Source: Macrostomum lignano
Lineage: Eukaryota
DNA: 64,000 nucleotides
NCBI GenBank assembly: GCA_002269645.1
Contig: NIVC01001361.1
Span: forward strand, 1-64,000
Direction of reading: 5' to 3'
The translations under genes and the position numbers were made by a program. The notes beneath the pieces are model-generated. The model saw only the letters and a program-made list of their open reading frames with translations. It was not told the origin of the DNA and made no database searches. This document shows positions 12,508 through 24,500 of the stretch, in pieces. Within the stretch, counting starts at the first letter, position 1, and the number at the start of each line of letters is the position of its first letter.

Positions 12508-15500
12508 TCATTGCTCATCCGCGGCCTCGACCGCGGCCTCCGGGTCGGTCTCGTCTTGACAACTATTGCGCCGCGTCTGCTTGGGCGCGCTGGCGTCGGC
12601 TGCATCGGCGTCGCCGCTGCCCGACACAGCGTCGGCGCCATCATCGGCTGCGGTGGCGGCGGCGGCAGATCGCTTGACGCCGGCTCCGCCAGCCCGCCGG
12701 TGCTCTGCGGCGGCTGGCAGACGCTGCATATCTAGCAGGCGGTGCAGCTGGCGGAAGGCCATAAGGCGGACGGCCCGGTGGGCTGCGGCGGTCAGGTCCT
12801 CGCGCTCCTGGGCGGACAGGGCACCGGCAGCGTCCGTGGTGCTCTTCTCGCAGGGATCCAGCAGGCCGGGGCCGCCCGGCAGCAGCAGGCCGGAGGCCAG
12901 GCACTCCAGGACTCGGCGAAGGGCTTCGCTAGGCGTTGACGGCGCGCAGTAGGAGCTGATGCACTTTTCTATTAGAAGCTCCGCCGCCTGCGAGTGGGTG
13001 AGTGTTGGGGAAGGCTTGGTCCTCGGCATAGCTAGGCAAGTCAGGCAATGTTTCAAAGGATGATTCATTAGATGATTCAGAATGATTTATTAGATGATTC
13101 AGGGAATGATTCATTAGATGATTCAGAATGATTCATTAGATGATTCAGGGAATGATTCATTAGATGATTCAGGGAATGATTTATTAGATGATTCAGGGAA
13201 TGATTCATTAGATGATTTGGGGAATGATTCATCAGATGATTCGGGGAATGATTAATTAGATGATTCAGAATGATTTATTAGATGATTCAGAATGATTTAT
13301 TAGATGATTCAGAATGATTTATTAGATGATTTAAGGAATGATTCATGATTCAGGGACTGATTGACTAAGTAATTCAGAATATGATTGAATTGAATGCTAC
13401 TTAAATAAATAGGCCGGTACAAACAATAATAAAACACCCATCTCACCCATTCCGACAGGGCAGCCCAGGCGGGAATTCTGCGCCGGAAATCGCGTACAAT
13501 TTTGACAACGGGAACGAACGACTCCAGCTGGCTGGCCTTAGCCTGCGGGTGACAAAAATAGGCAAAAAACAGATGATAAAAGCGTGGAACATGCAATTCT
13601 TCCCGTTCCGCTGACTCCTGAGCACGTACAAGCGCGCCAATAACTGCACACAGGCATGAACTTGTGCACACGCTCACACAGGGTGTACAGCGGCCCTGAC
13701 TTTATAATCGTCAGGCATGTACTCTCTGTGCCTTTGGGGTTGGCCCTCATGGCTGTGAATTGCACGACAACCCCCACTGGTCAATTTTTCGCATACAAGC
13801 CTTAAATGTTCGTGTCGAATTTCTGCTCAAGATGACTGAACATGGAGAGAAATAAAGAGGAAAGGGACAGGCCGCCCACTGCAGGACCAGGGGAAGGGAT
13901 AGGGTGCCCACTGCAGGACCAGGGGAAGGGATAGGGTGCCCACTGCAGGACCAAAGGAAGGGACAGGCCGCCCACTGCAGGACCAAGGGACAGGCCGCCC
14001 ACTGCAGGACCAAGGGACAGGCCGCCCACTGCAGGACCAAGGGACAGGCCGCCCACTGCAGGACCAGGGGAAGGGATAGGGTACCCACTGCAGGACCAGG
14101 GGAAGTGATAGGGTGCCCACTGCAGGACCAGGGGAAGGGACAGGCCGCCCACTGCAGGACCAGGGGAAGGGATAGGGTACCCACTGCAGGACCAGGGGAA
14201 GTGATAGGGTGCCCACTGCAGGACCAGGGGAAGGGACAGGCCGCCCACTGCAGGACCAGGGGAAGGGATAGGCCGCCCACTGCAGGACCAGGGGAAGGGA
14301 CAGGCCGCCCACTGCAGGACCAGGGGAAGGGACAGGCCGCCCACTGCAGGACCAGGGGAAGGGATAGGCCGCCCACTGCAGGACCAGGGGAAGGGATAGG
14401 CCGCCCACTGCAGGACCAGGGGAAGGGATAGGCCGCCCACTGCAGGACCAGGGGAAGGGACAGGCCGCCCACTGCAGGACCAGGGGAAGGGACAGGCCGC
14501 CCACTGCAGGACCAGGGGAAGGGATAGGCCGCCCACTGCAGAACCAGGGGAAGGGATAGGCCGCCCACTGCAGGACCAGGGGAAGGGACAGGCCGCCCAC
14601 TGCAGAACCAGGGGAAGGGACAGGCCGCCCACTGCAGGACCAGGGGAAGGGATAGGCCGCCCACTGCAGGACCAGAGGAAGGGATAGGCCGCTCACTGCA
14701 GGACCAAGGGACAGGCTGCCCACTGCAGGACCAAGGGACAGGCTGCCCACTGCAGGACCAAGGGACAGGCTGCCCACTGCAGGACCAAGGGACAGGCTGC
14801 CCACTGCAGGACCAAGGGACAGGCTGCCCACTGCAGGACCAAGGGACAGGCTGCCCACTGCAGGACCAAGGGACAGGCTGCCCACTGCAGGACCAAGGGA
14901 CAGGCCGCCCACTGCAGGACCAAGGGACAGGCTGCCCACTGCAGGACCAAGGGATAGGCCGCCCACTGCAGAACCAGGGGAAGGGACAGGCCGCCCACTG
15001 CAGAACCAGGGGAAGGGATAGGCCGCCCACTGCAGGACCAGGGGAAGGGATAGGGTACCCACTGCAGGACCAGGGGAAGGGATAGGCCGCCCACTGCAGG
15101 ACCAGGGGAAGGGACAGGCCGCCCACTGCAGAACCAGGGGAAGGGATAGGCCGCCCACTGCAGGACCAGGGGAAGGGATAGGCCGCCCACTGCAGAACCA
15201 GGGGAAGGGATAGGCCGCCCACTGCAGGACCAGGGGAAGGGACAGGCCGTCCACTGCAGAACCAGGGGAAGGGACAGGCCGCCCACTGCAGGACCAGGGG
15301 AAGGGATAGGCCGCCCACTGCAGAACCAGGGGAAGGGATAGGCCGCCCACTGCAGGACCAGGGGAAGGGACAGGCCGCCCACTGCAGAACCAGGGGAAGG
15401 GACAGGCCGCCCACTGCAGGACCAGGGGAAGGGACAGGCCGTTCACTGCAGGACAAGGGAAGGGATAGGCCGCCCACTGCAGGACCAGGGGAAGGGACAG

Positions 15501-18500
15501 GCCGTCCACTGCAGGACCAGGGGAAGGGACAGGCCGTTCACTGCAGGACAAGGGAAGGGATAGGCCGCCCACTGCAGGACCAGGGGAAGGGACAGGCCGC
15601 CCACTGCAGGACCAAGGGAAGGGACAGGCCGCCCACTGCAGGACCAGGGGAAGGGATAGGCCGCCCACTGCAGGACCAGGGGAAGGGACAGGCCGCCCAC
15701 TGCAGGACCAAGGGAAGGGACAGGCCGCCCACTGCAGGACCAGGGGAAGGGATGGGCCGCCCACTGCAGGACCAAGGGAAGGGACAGGCCGCCCACTGCA
15801 GGACCAGGGGAAGGGACAGGCCGCCCACTGCAGGACCAGGGGAAGGGATAGGCCGCCCACTGCAGGACCAGGGGAAGGGACAGGCCGCCCACTGCAGAAC
15901 CAGGGGAAGGGACAGGCCGCCCACTGCAGGACCAGGGGAAGGGACAGGCCGTTCACTGCAGGACAAGGGAAGGGATAGGCCGCCCACTGCAGGACCAGGG
16001 GAAGGGACAGGCCGTCCACTGCAGGACCAGGGGAAGGGACAGGCCGTTCACTGCAGGACAAGGGAAGGGATAGGCCGCCCACTGCAGGACCAGGGGAAGG
16101 GACAGGCCGCCCACTGCAGGACCAAGGGAAGGGACAGGCCGCCCACTGCAGGACCAGGGGAAGGGATAGGCCGCCCACTGCAGGACCAGGGGAAGGGACA
16201 GGCCGCCCACTGCAGGACCAAGGGAAGGGACAGGCCGCCCACTGCAGGACCAGGGGAAGGGATGGGCCGCCCACTGCAGGACCAAGGGAAGGGACAGGCC
16301 GCCCACTGCAGGACCAGGGGAAGGGACAGGCCGCCCACTGCAGGACCAGGGGAAGGGACAGGCCGCCCACTGCAGGACCAAGGGAAGGGACAGGCCGCCC
16401 ACTGCAGGACCAGGGGAAGGGATAGGCCGCCCACTGCAGGACCAGGGGAAGGGATGGGCCGCCCAGAAAAGCAAAACATCATTCATATCTGTTTGGTTTA
16501 TTGAGAACAGAAAAGTTTGGAATCTGTTCTGGAAAAGCCAGTTACCTGCAAATTTCATAACAGGCTACATTGAGTGGCTACAGTAGAATACAAGCACAGG
16601 AGCGAACACAATGCAAATCAGACTGTACCTGGAACCATTTGGCTCGTCGCAGATTGGCAAGAGCCTCCAAGCACTTCTCCTTATCCAATAGATCATCGCT
16701 TTGAGCTTGAGAATCGGCTACAAGTAAAAATTTTATAATAAAAAAGAACAAAGTTAAGCGTATATTTGACCATAAATTAATATAACTAATCTCATTGTTG
16801 TTTTTGGCATCTATAATTGATTATTTTTATTATCAAGAATCCGAACAATTCGATGGTCAAGTATAGCAAAACTTCTCTCCAAAATGATTTCTACAAATGC
16901 TTAATTTATGATTATTAATTAAAAATTAGAATGCCAACTCTAAAGCTCAGATTGCGGCATTATTTAAAGTACTGCGATGCATTTGCTCGTAAAATTGCTC
17001 ACAACATGAAATCAAAGCAAAGTTATATGTAGATTTCTTCTCGCAACAATGATATTTTTGACTTACTGAAATCTCAAAACTACACACCCTTTGTAAAGTT
17101 ATTTACGCAACATATCGCCGTAGTTCAGTCCAAGGACTGGAAGGGTTGCCACACACACCCACAATTACCCCAGCTAATGCTTACCCCACCAATTTTACAG
17201 CTGGGTGAACTGAAGCAATGCAGAGTCAAGTGTCTTGCTCAAGGACACAAATTGTTCCGAGTAGGTCGGGAATCGAACCCCCGACCTTTCAGTCGTGAGT
17301 CCGACGCTCTAACCACTAGGCTACAACACCCCCCTCGACAAGGAAGCTCATAATAAAAACTATAATTGAATACTCACCGCCATCGCTATCGCGCACAGCC
17401 ACAGAGGTCAGGCTGATGCAGCAGCGCAGGCTCCCATCGCTGCAGGACACCAGCAGTGAGTCGCCCGAGCTGGCAGTTTGCACAGTCAGCAGCAGAGCCT
17501 GGCCGGAGTCGGGCGGGCACAGCTGATCTGGCAGCAGTTCAATTAGGCGCTTAACCAGACTGCGGCCAGGCCAGGCCGAGCACAGCAGCACCAGCTCGCA
17601 CTGCCGGTCCCAGAACAGGGTGACATCTTTGGCCAGGCTGCCAATTCGCATTACACCGTTCAATTGTTGCTTCTGCTGCTGCTGCTCAGGCCCGTCAGCT
17701 GACAGCTGCTCGCTGACCTGACGGAGCGCCTGTTCGCATCGGGCAGCCAGGGCGTCCAGGGCCTTCCTGTCGGGCTCGGCCTGGGCCAGAGTGGCCAGCT
17801 TGGCAGCCAGGTGCCGATCGTCGATGCTCTCGGCCTGGACAGCACGCTGTCGGGCGGCAACGCCGCTGCCAACATTGAAATGGGATCGGTGACGCTGCAT
17901 CCATTCGTTCACTCTGGCCGGGTCCATGCGTCTGCCCCAGATTGGCTGGGCGAACTCCAGCTTATTGGCTCGCATTGCGGATTTCACTTCTATTTCTAGG
18001 CTCGGGTCCACCTGGATGGCATTGTGGAGTTAATTTGTAGATCTGCTGTTGTCTACCCCGATTATTCGTGTTGCCTACCCCGGTGATTCGTGTTGCCTAC
18101 CCCGGTGATTCGTGTTGCCTACCCCGGTGATTCGTGTTGCCTACCCCGGTGATTCGTGTTGCCTACCCCGGTGATTCATGTTGTCTACCCCGATTCAGTA
18201 GATCTTCTGCTGTCTACCCCAGAGATTCAGTAGATCTGCTGCTGTCTACCTCAGAGATTCAGTAGATCTGCTGCTGTCTACCTCAGAGATTCAGTAGATC
18301 TGCTGCTGTCTACCTCAGAGATTCAGTAGATCTGCTGCTGTCTACCCCAGAGATTCAGTAGATCTGCTGCTGTCTACCTCAGAGATTCAGTAGATCTGAT
18401 GCTGTCCAATCCAGAGATTCAGTAGATCTGCTGCTGTCTACCCCAGAGATTCAGTAGATCTGCTGCTGTTTACCTCAGAGATTCAGTAGATCTGCTGCTG

Positions 18501-21500
18501 TCTACCTCAGAGATTCAGTAGATCTGCTGCTGTCTACCTCAGAGATTCAGTAGATCTGCTGCTGTCTACCCCAGAGATTCAGTAGATCTGCTGCTGTCTA
18601 CCTCAGAGATTCAGTAGATCTGCTGCTGTCTACCTCAGAGATTCAGTAGATCTGCTGCTGTCTACCCCAGAGATTCAGTAGATCTGCTGCTGTTTACCTC
18701 AGAGATTCAGTAGATCTGCTGCTGTCTACCTCAGAGATTCAGTAGATCTGCTGCTGTCTACCTCAGAGATTCAGTAGATCTGCTGCTGTCTACGTCGTAC
18801 CTCAGAGATTCAGTAGATCTGCTGCTGTCTACCCCAGAGATTCAGTAGATCTGCTGCTGTCTACCCCAGAGATTCAGTAGATCTGCTGCTGTCTACCCCA
18901 GAGATTCAGTAGATCTGCTGCTGTCTACCTCAGAGATTCAGTAGATCTGCTGCTGTCTACCTCAGAGATTCAGTAGATCTGCTGCTGTCTACCCCAGAGA
19001 TTCAGTAGATCTGCTGCTGTCTACCTCAGAGATTCAGTAGATCTGCTGCTGTCTACCCCAGAGATTCAGTAGATCTGCTGCTGTCTACCTCAGAGATTCA
19101 GTAGATCTGCTGCTGTCTACCCCAGAGATTCAGTAGATCTGCTGCTGTCTACCTCAGAGATTCAGTAGATCTGCTGCTGTCTACCTCAGAGATTCAGTAG
19201 ATCTGCTGCTGTCTACCTCAGAGATTCAGTAGATCTGCTGCTGTCTACCTCAGAGATTCAGTAGATCTGCTGCTGTCTACCCCAGAGATTCAGTAGATCT
19301 GCTGCTGTCTACCTCAGAGATTCAGTAGATCTGCTGCTGTCTACCTCAGAGATTCAGTAGATCTGCTGCTGTCTACCCCAGAGATTCAGTAGATCTGCTG
19401 CTGTCTACCTCAGAGATTCAGTAGATCTGCTGCTGTCTACCCCAGAGATTCAGTAGATCTGCTGCTGTCTACCCCAGAGATTCAGTAGATCTGCTGCTGT
19501 CTACCCCAGAGATTCAGTAGATCTGCTGCTGTCTACCTCAGAGATTCAGTAGATCTGCTGCTGTCTACCTCAGAGATTCAGTAGATCTGCTGCTGTCTAC
19601 CCCAGAGATTCAGTAGATCTGCTGCTGTCTACCTCAGAGATTCAGTAGATCTGCTGCTGTCAACCCCAGAGATTCAGTAGATCTGCTGCTGTCTACCTCA
19701 GAGATTCAGTAGATCTGCTGCTATCTACCCCAGAGATTCAGTAGATCTGCTGCTGTCTACCTCAGAGATTCAGTAGATCTGCTGCTGTCTACCTCAGAGA
19801 TTCAGTAGATCTGCTGCTGTCTACCCCAGAGATTCAGTAGATCTGCTGCTGTCTACCTCAGAGATTCAGTAGATCTGATGCTGTCCAATCCAGAGATTCA
19901 GTAGATCTGCTGCTGTCTACCCCAGAGATTCAGTAGATCTGCTGCTGTCTACCTCAGAGATTCAGTAGATCTGCTGCTGTCTACCTCAGAGATTCAGTAG
20001 ATCTGCTGCTGTCTACCTGAGAGATTCAGTAGATCTGCTGCTGTCTACCTCAGAGATTCAGTAGATCTGCTGCTGTCTACCCCAGAGATTCAGTAGATCT
20101 GCTGCTGTCTAATCAGACCCATTGGTTTACATCCATTCCTATGCGCCCTAATTCAGTCTCGGACAGTTAATCAATGTAAAAAGACGCACCTTTCGTTTAT
20201 ACTGCAGCCTGTGCCGCCGGCCCTTCAAATGCATCTCCTTGGCGTGCGGATCGTTAAATTTGCAGTCGCACAGTTTGCAATGATATTGCACAGCTTTGTT
20301 GCCCTGCTCGTTAGGCAACTCGTCAATATACTCGGAGCCAACCGGGGCCACGTATTCGCGCTCCTGCAGTACGGCCAGCTCAACATGCTGCTGCTGCTGC
20401 TGCTGCTCAACAGTTGCAGACGAAGCCGGCGGTGTCTGGCCGCTGGCTGCCCCGCTATCGGCGGTTTGTGGCGGCCCAGCAGCCGGGGTGGCCGCCTCAT
20501 CGGAGACCACACTTTTCAAAGCGGAGCCGGGCACGAAGCCGAACCGAGGCGCACCGACAACTCGCTGCTTGACAGCCGGTGTCGGCTGCTGCTGCTTCGG
20601 CGCAGGCTGTGACTGCTGCTGCTGCTGATTGGCACCGGCAGCTGAGGTGACAGCCGAGCCCTGTACTATAATAGGATCAGTGCTAGGCAGAGACTTGCCC
20701 AGCCTAGTGTGCAGCTTGGCAGTTTTCAGATGCTTGGATCCGCGAATATGCGACGCGTAGGCGTCGGCGCCGGTGCAGGTGACGTCGCAGAGTTCGCAGC
20801 GCAGCTGTTTCTGATTCGGCTTAGCAGATTCCTCCTGCTGCCGCTTGGCTGCGGCCTCGCGCTTCTTGTGCTTCTGGCCGTTCAGATGCTCCTTGAAGGT
20901 CTGCGGCCCGGCGCAGCTGATCTTGCACACTTCGCAGTATTGAAGCGAGGCCAGATTGGGCTGGCCAGGCTGCTTCTGCTGTTGCTGCTGCTGGTTGTAG
21001 GGCCGCCGCGGTCCGCCGGGGCGAAATGGAGGCCGGCGCTGCTGCTGCTGATAACCGCCGGCGCCGAACTGGTGCCGATGCTGATGCTGCTGATGATGAT
21101 GCGGCTGGCGGAACCCGCCGGGAGCTTGCTGGCCGAACCAATTCTGGCCGCCGCCGCCGCCGCCGAAGCCCTCCGGCATGAACTGCTGATGCTGTTTGCC
21201 AGCCGAGGCAGCAGGCGGTTGATAAGCCAGCTTGGGCGGCGGCAGGGGCGGAGGCGGAGGCGGCGGCGGTGGGGCAACCTTAGCCACAGCCGGGGTGGCA
21301 GTATTGGCCGTGAAAGATTGATAAGATGGGGCAGTTGTTGTCCAGGCCGGCTGGAAGACCCGGCCGCTGCCAGACTGTGGCGCCGCTGGTGGCGGCGGAG
21401 GTGGAGGCCGTTGCTGCTGCTGGTAGGCCGCCGCCGCCGCTGCTGCAGCCGCCGCCGCAGCGGCCGGATAAGCGGTCGGAGCGGCCGCGTAGGTGTAGGG

Positions 21501-24500
21501 AGCGGCTACAACGCTTGCCGCAGCGGCCGCCGTGAAGGAAGCCGGAGCGGCCGGGGCTGGCGGCACAAAACTAGTTGGACCAGTGGCACTGGCGGTGGCC
21601 TGGTACGCCGTCTGGGGTGCACTGCGGATGGCCATAATTGAATGTAGAAATTACTCAGTTTAACAGGGGCACTAAATGCTACATGGGAGCAAGTTATGCT
21701 CAAGCACAGCGCACAAGATATCAAGAGCTTTCTTGTGCAATAGGCCAGTTTGTTTTCAGATTCATTTCTAAGAAAAAGCTTGTTTGTTTAATTTCCCTAA
21801 AATTTGTTTTAATGTGCACAGTATTAAAATTTGTAAATATTATAAAAATTATGTAAATTTGTTTAAAATAGCACAAATATTACTATAAATATACAGGCTG
21901 CCAGCAAGAAAAAACTTGTTCTGCCTAGACAACACCCAGTTTATTTCTAAGCATTATTTAGTTAACAAGGTGCCTAGATTCACTATCTAAGAAATTACCT
22001 TGGGCAGAATATCTATTAGAATGAGTTATGACCCTCTGATCCAAATAACTAGATTAAAAGAGAAACTCTCAATTTCTAACATGAAATAATGGAAATAATG
22101 GAATGGATTAGATGGAATCCAATTTCCATCAACAAAATAATGTTTGCCTGCTATTGCAATCTACTGAATCTTGGGGTAAATGTTTTTAGATTGCAGACTC
22201 TGTCAAAAGTACTCTGAAAGTTAAAACTTAATTTTAGAAATATTAGAAACTAGACCATGTATTTAAACTGATTATTAATGGACTACACTAGCACTGAAAG
22301 AGACAGATTTGAGGAAAAACTAACTGGCTCCATTGTATTTGTCTTTTAGCATTACAATATAATTTGAGGCATACATGCCCAACCTCAAAATTTCACCCAT
22401 CCAGTGTGATTTAGTTTTGTCCAGATTTGCGACTAAGTTCCTCCCAATTGTGACTTAGTTCCTCTTGATTGCAACTTAGTTCCCCTAATTGTGACTTAAT
22501 TTTCACTTTGTATATTACTTTTCTTGCCTTTTTCTCTTTTCTTTTCTTTCTTATTCTCTCTCCTCTTTTCCCTTTCTCTTTCTCTCTCTTCTCCCTCCTT
22601 TCTTTTCCTTTTCTCTTCCTTTCTTTTCTTCCTCTAATTTTTTATTTTTGTTTTTAATTTTGCAACTTACTTTGGCTAGCAGCCATTTCCCTTGTCTGGT
22701 TTAGCTATTTAGCTATAGCTATTGTTATTTATGCAATAAAGCTTTAATTGTACTTTTTTCTTTTTTGTCCTTGCACTTGTGCACTCAAGACTATCTATCT
22801 TATGTTGTGTGCTTTTGGCCACTTGTTTCCCCTTATACATGCATACATAAATATAAACCCTGACAAGACAAAATTACCTTGGTTTACATTAAGGCATATA
22901 GGGTTAGTGCAAGGGATATATATTCTTATTTTATCCTTTTGTATGCAATGGCATTCCTCTACCTGTTAAAGATTTTTATGCAGTAGCTCTATTTAAGTGG
23001 TAGCTCTTACATTCTCTCTTGCTAGCTTTTATCAATTTTCTCTTTGATAAGAGGTTCTTTGTTGTGCTACTCTCTAGGCTAGATACCAAGGCTCTAAACT
23101 ATAATTGTTTGCACAATGTGCCTTTTTATTTTTATGAAATATTTCACTTGTCTCTAGCAAAGATAATAATCTTTACACTAAAAATCTAATATTTCTTTAA
23201 AATAAAGAGCTACTTGGCAGTTGGAAGTCATATATAGCCTTTTTTCTAATTTGCATTAATATCTAGTTTTAGTCAGTGCTAGTACATTTAAAATGGCCAT
23301 AGACAATGATACTATATCATCTAGTGGCAATGCAACTATAATGGCAATAGACAGGGACACTATATCATCCAATGGCAATATAACTATAATGACAATAGAC
23401 AGTGATACAATTATCCAATGGTAGTACTAGTGCAATTATAATGGAAAGTGAAAATCAGAAACAAAATGCGAGAAAACTGACTTTCATATAAATGTGTATG
23501 ATTAGAATCAATTTTTGAAGTTGCATGGTACATGGTCAAGAGTCAATAACAGGCAAAGTTTTATAAAAAAATACTAAACATTAAACAATGTTCAATATTA
23601 ATAGAAATTGTTTTTTTAATTAGCAAACCTATGTATATGCATTTGTACATAGGTCTTGATAACTTATATCTTCATTTTGCTAGTAAGTATAACAGCTATT
23701 TTTCTTTCATTCTATTTGCCAATATATCTACTAGCATATTTACCAGTTGCTATGGACCTATCTACTAATGCTAGGTAGATTTGCTAGGTAGCAAATAATT
23801 TTTGTCGATAGATATATGATAAAAAAGCTAAAAACGATATTGGCATAGAAATTGGTTAAGCAAAAAGCTATACCAAAATTGTAGTAAAGCTGATAAATAT
23901 ATTATAAATAAGAGTTTCTCTATTATTTTTATAATTAAGTCATTTCAACAATAATTTATGTAAATGCATTAGCAAATTGTTTTGTAGAAGATAAAGCAAT
24001 ACATAGATAATTTGTACAAGCATTGTATTTTGAAAATGCTTTCAACTAAAGCTAATTTAAATTTCTATAAAAGTTTGGGTTGGTATTGTGGCAGGCGAGT
24101 TGCCACGAAGAATTGATCAGATTTGATGAAATTGAACTTTGGGACATGAACGTGGCGCACGTGGAGTTCCCTGGCTTTGGTTTTGCATCACTCTCGTTGC
24201 GGTGTGTCTTCGCCCCGTTCCATGTATTTTGTTGCATGTGGCGGGATTTCTCTTTTAATTTTGTTTTTCTTAAGTGTTGGATATGCCGCACCATCTCATG
24301 TCCTTCTCCATGTATTTTTGCCCCAATGCATGTCCACTCCTTGGCCATACCGTGTGGTCCAAGCCCCTTTTGCCTATATAATTTGCGATGAATTTTGCAT
24401 GAGGTTTTATTCTCCCTCTCCCTCTCCTTTCCCCTCCTTTTGTTTGTGTTTTCTTGGCGTTTTAAGTTTTGTTTAGGCTTGTGTTTAAGTTTAGTTTTCC

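Noticed and set aside
13747-16558. Very long ORFs (up to 847 aa) over the 32-bp array, and similar ORFs at 3913-4542, 5068-6015, 6121-6985, 8678-9991, 10987-11903, 28295-28915, 46082-48357 and 53049-53682
   Set aside because: They are translations of stop-free tandem repeats, open in several frames and strands at once, and lie in introns of well-supported genes.
17262-17330. Genuine tRNA genes at the SINE heads (also 36955-37022)
   Set aside because: A and B boxes are present, but there is no acceptor-stem closure and both continue into the same SINE body.
7437-20110. CRISPR-like periodicity (31-33-bp units)
   Set aside because: Units are head-to-tail with no unique spacers, there are no cas genes, and the context is eukaryotic.
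24052-24480. Possible degenerate gag/ORF1 zinc-knuckle remnant in ZFR intron 1
   Set aside because: GC-richer than its flanks and probably TE-derived, but the CX2CX4HX4C spacing is not intact and no frame gives a recognisable domain.
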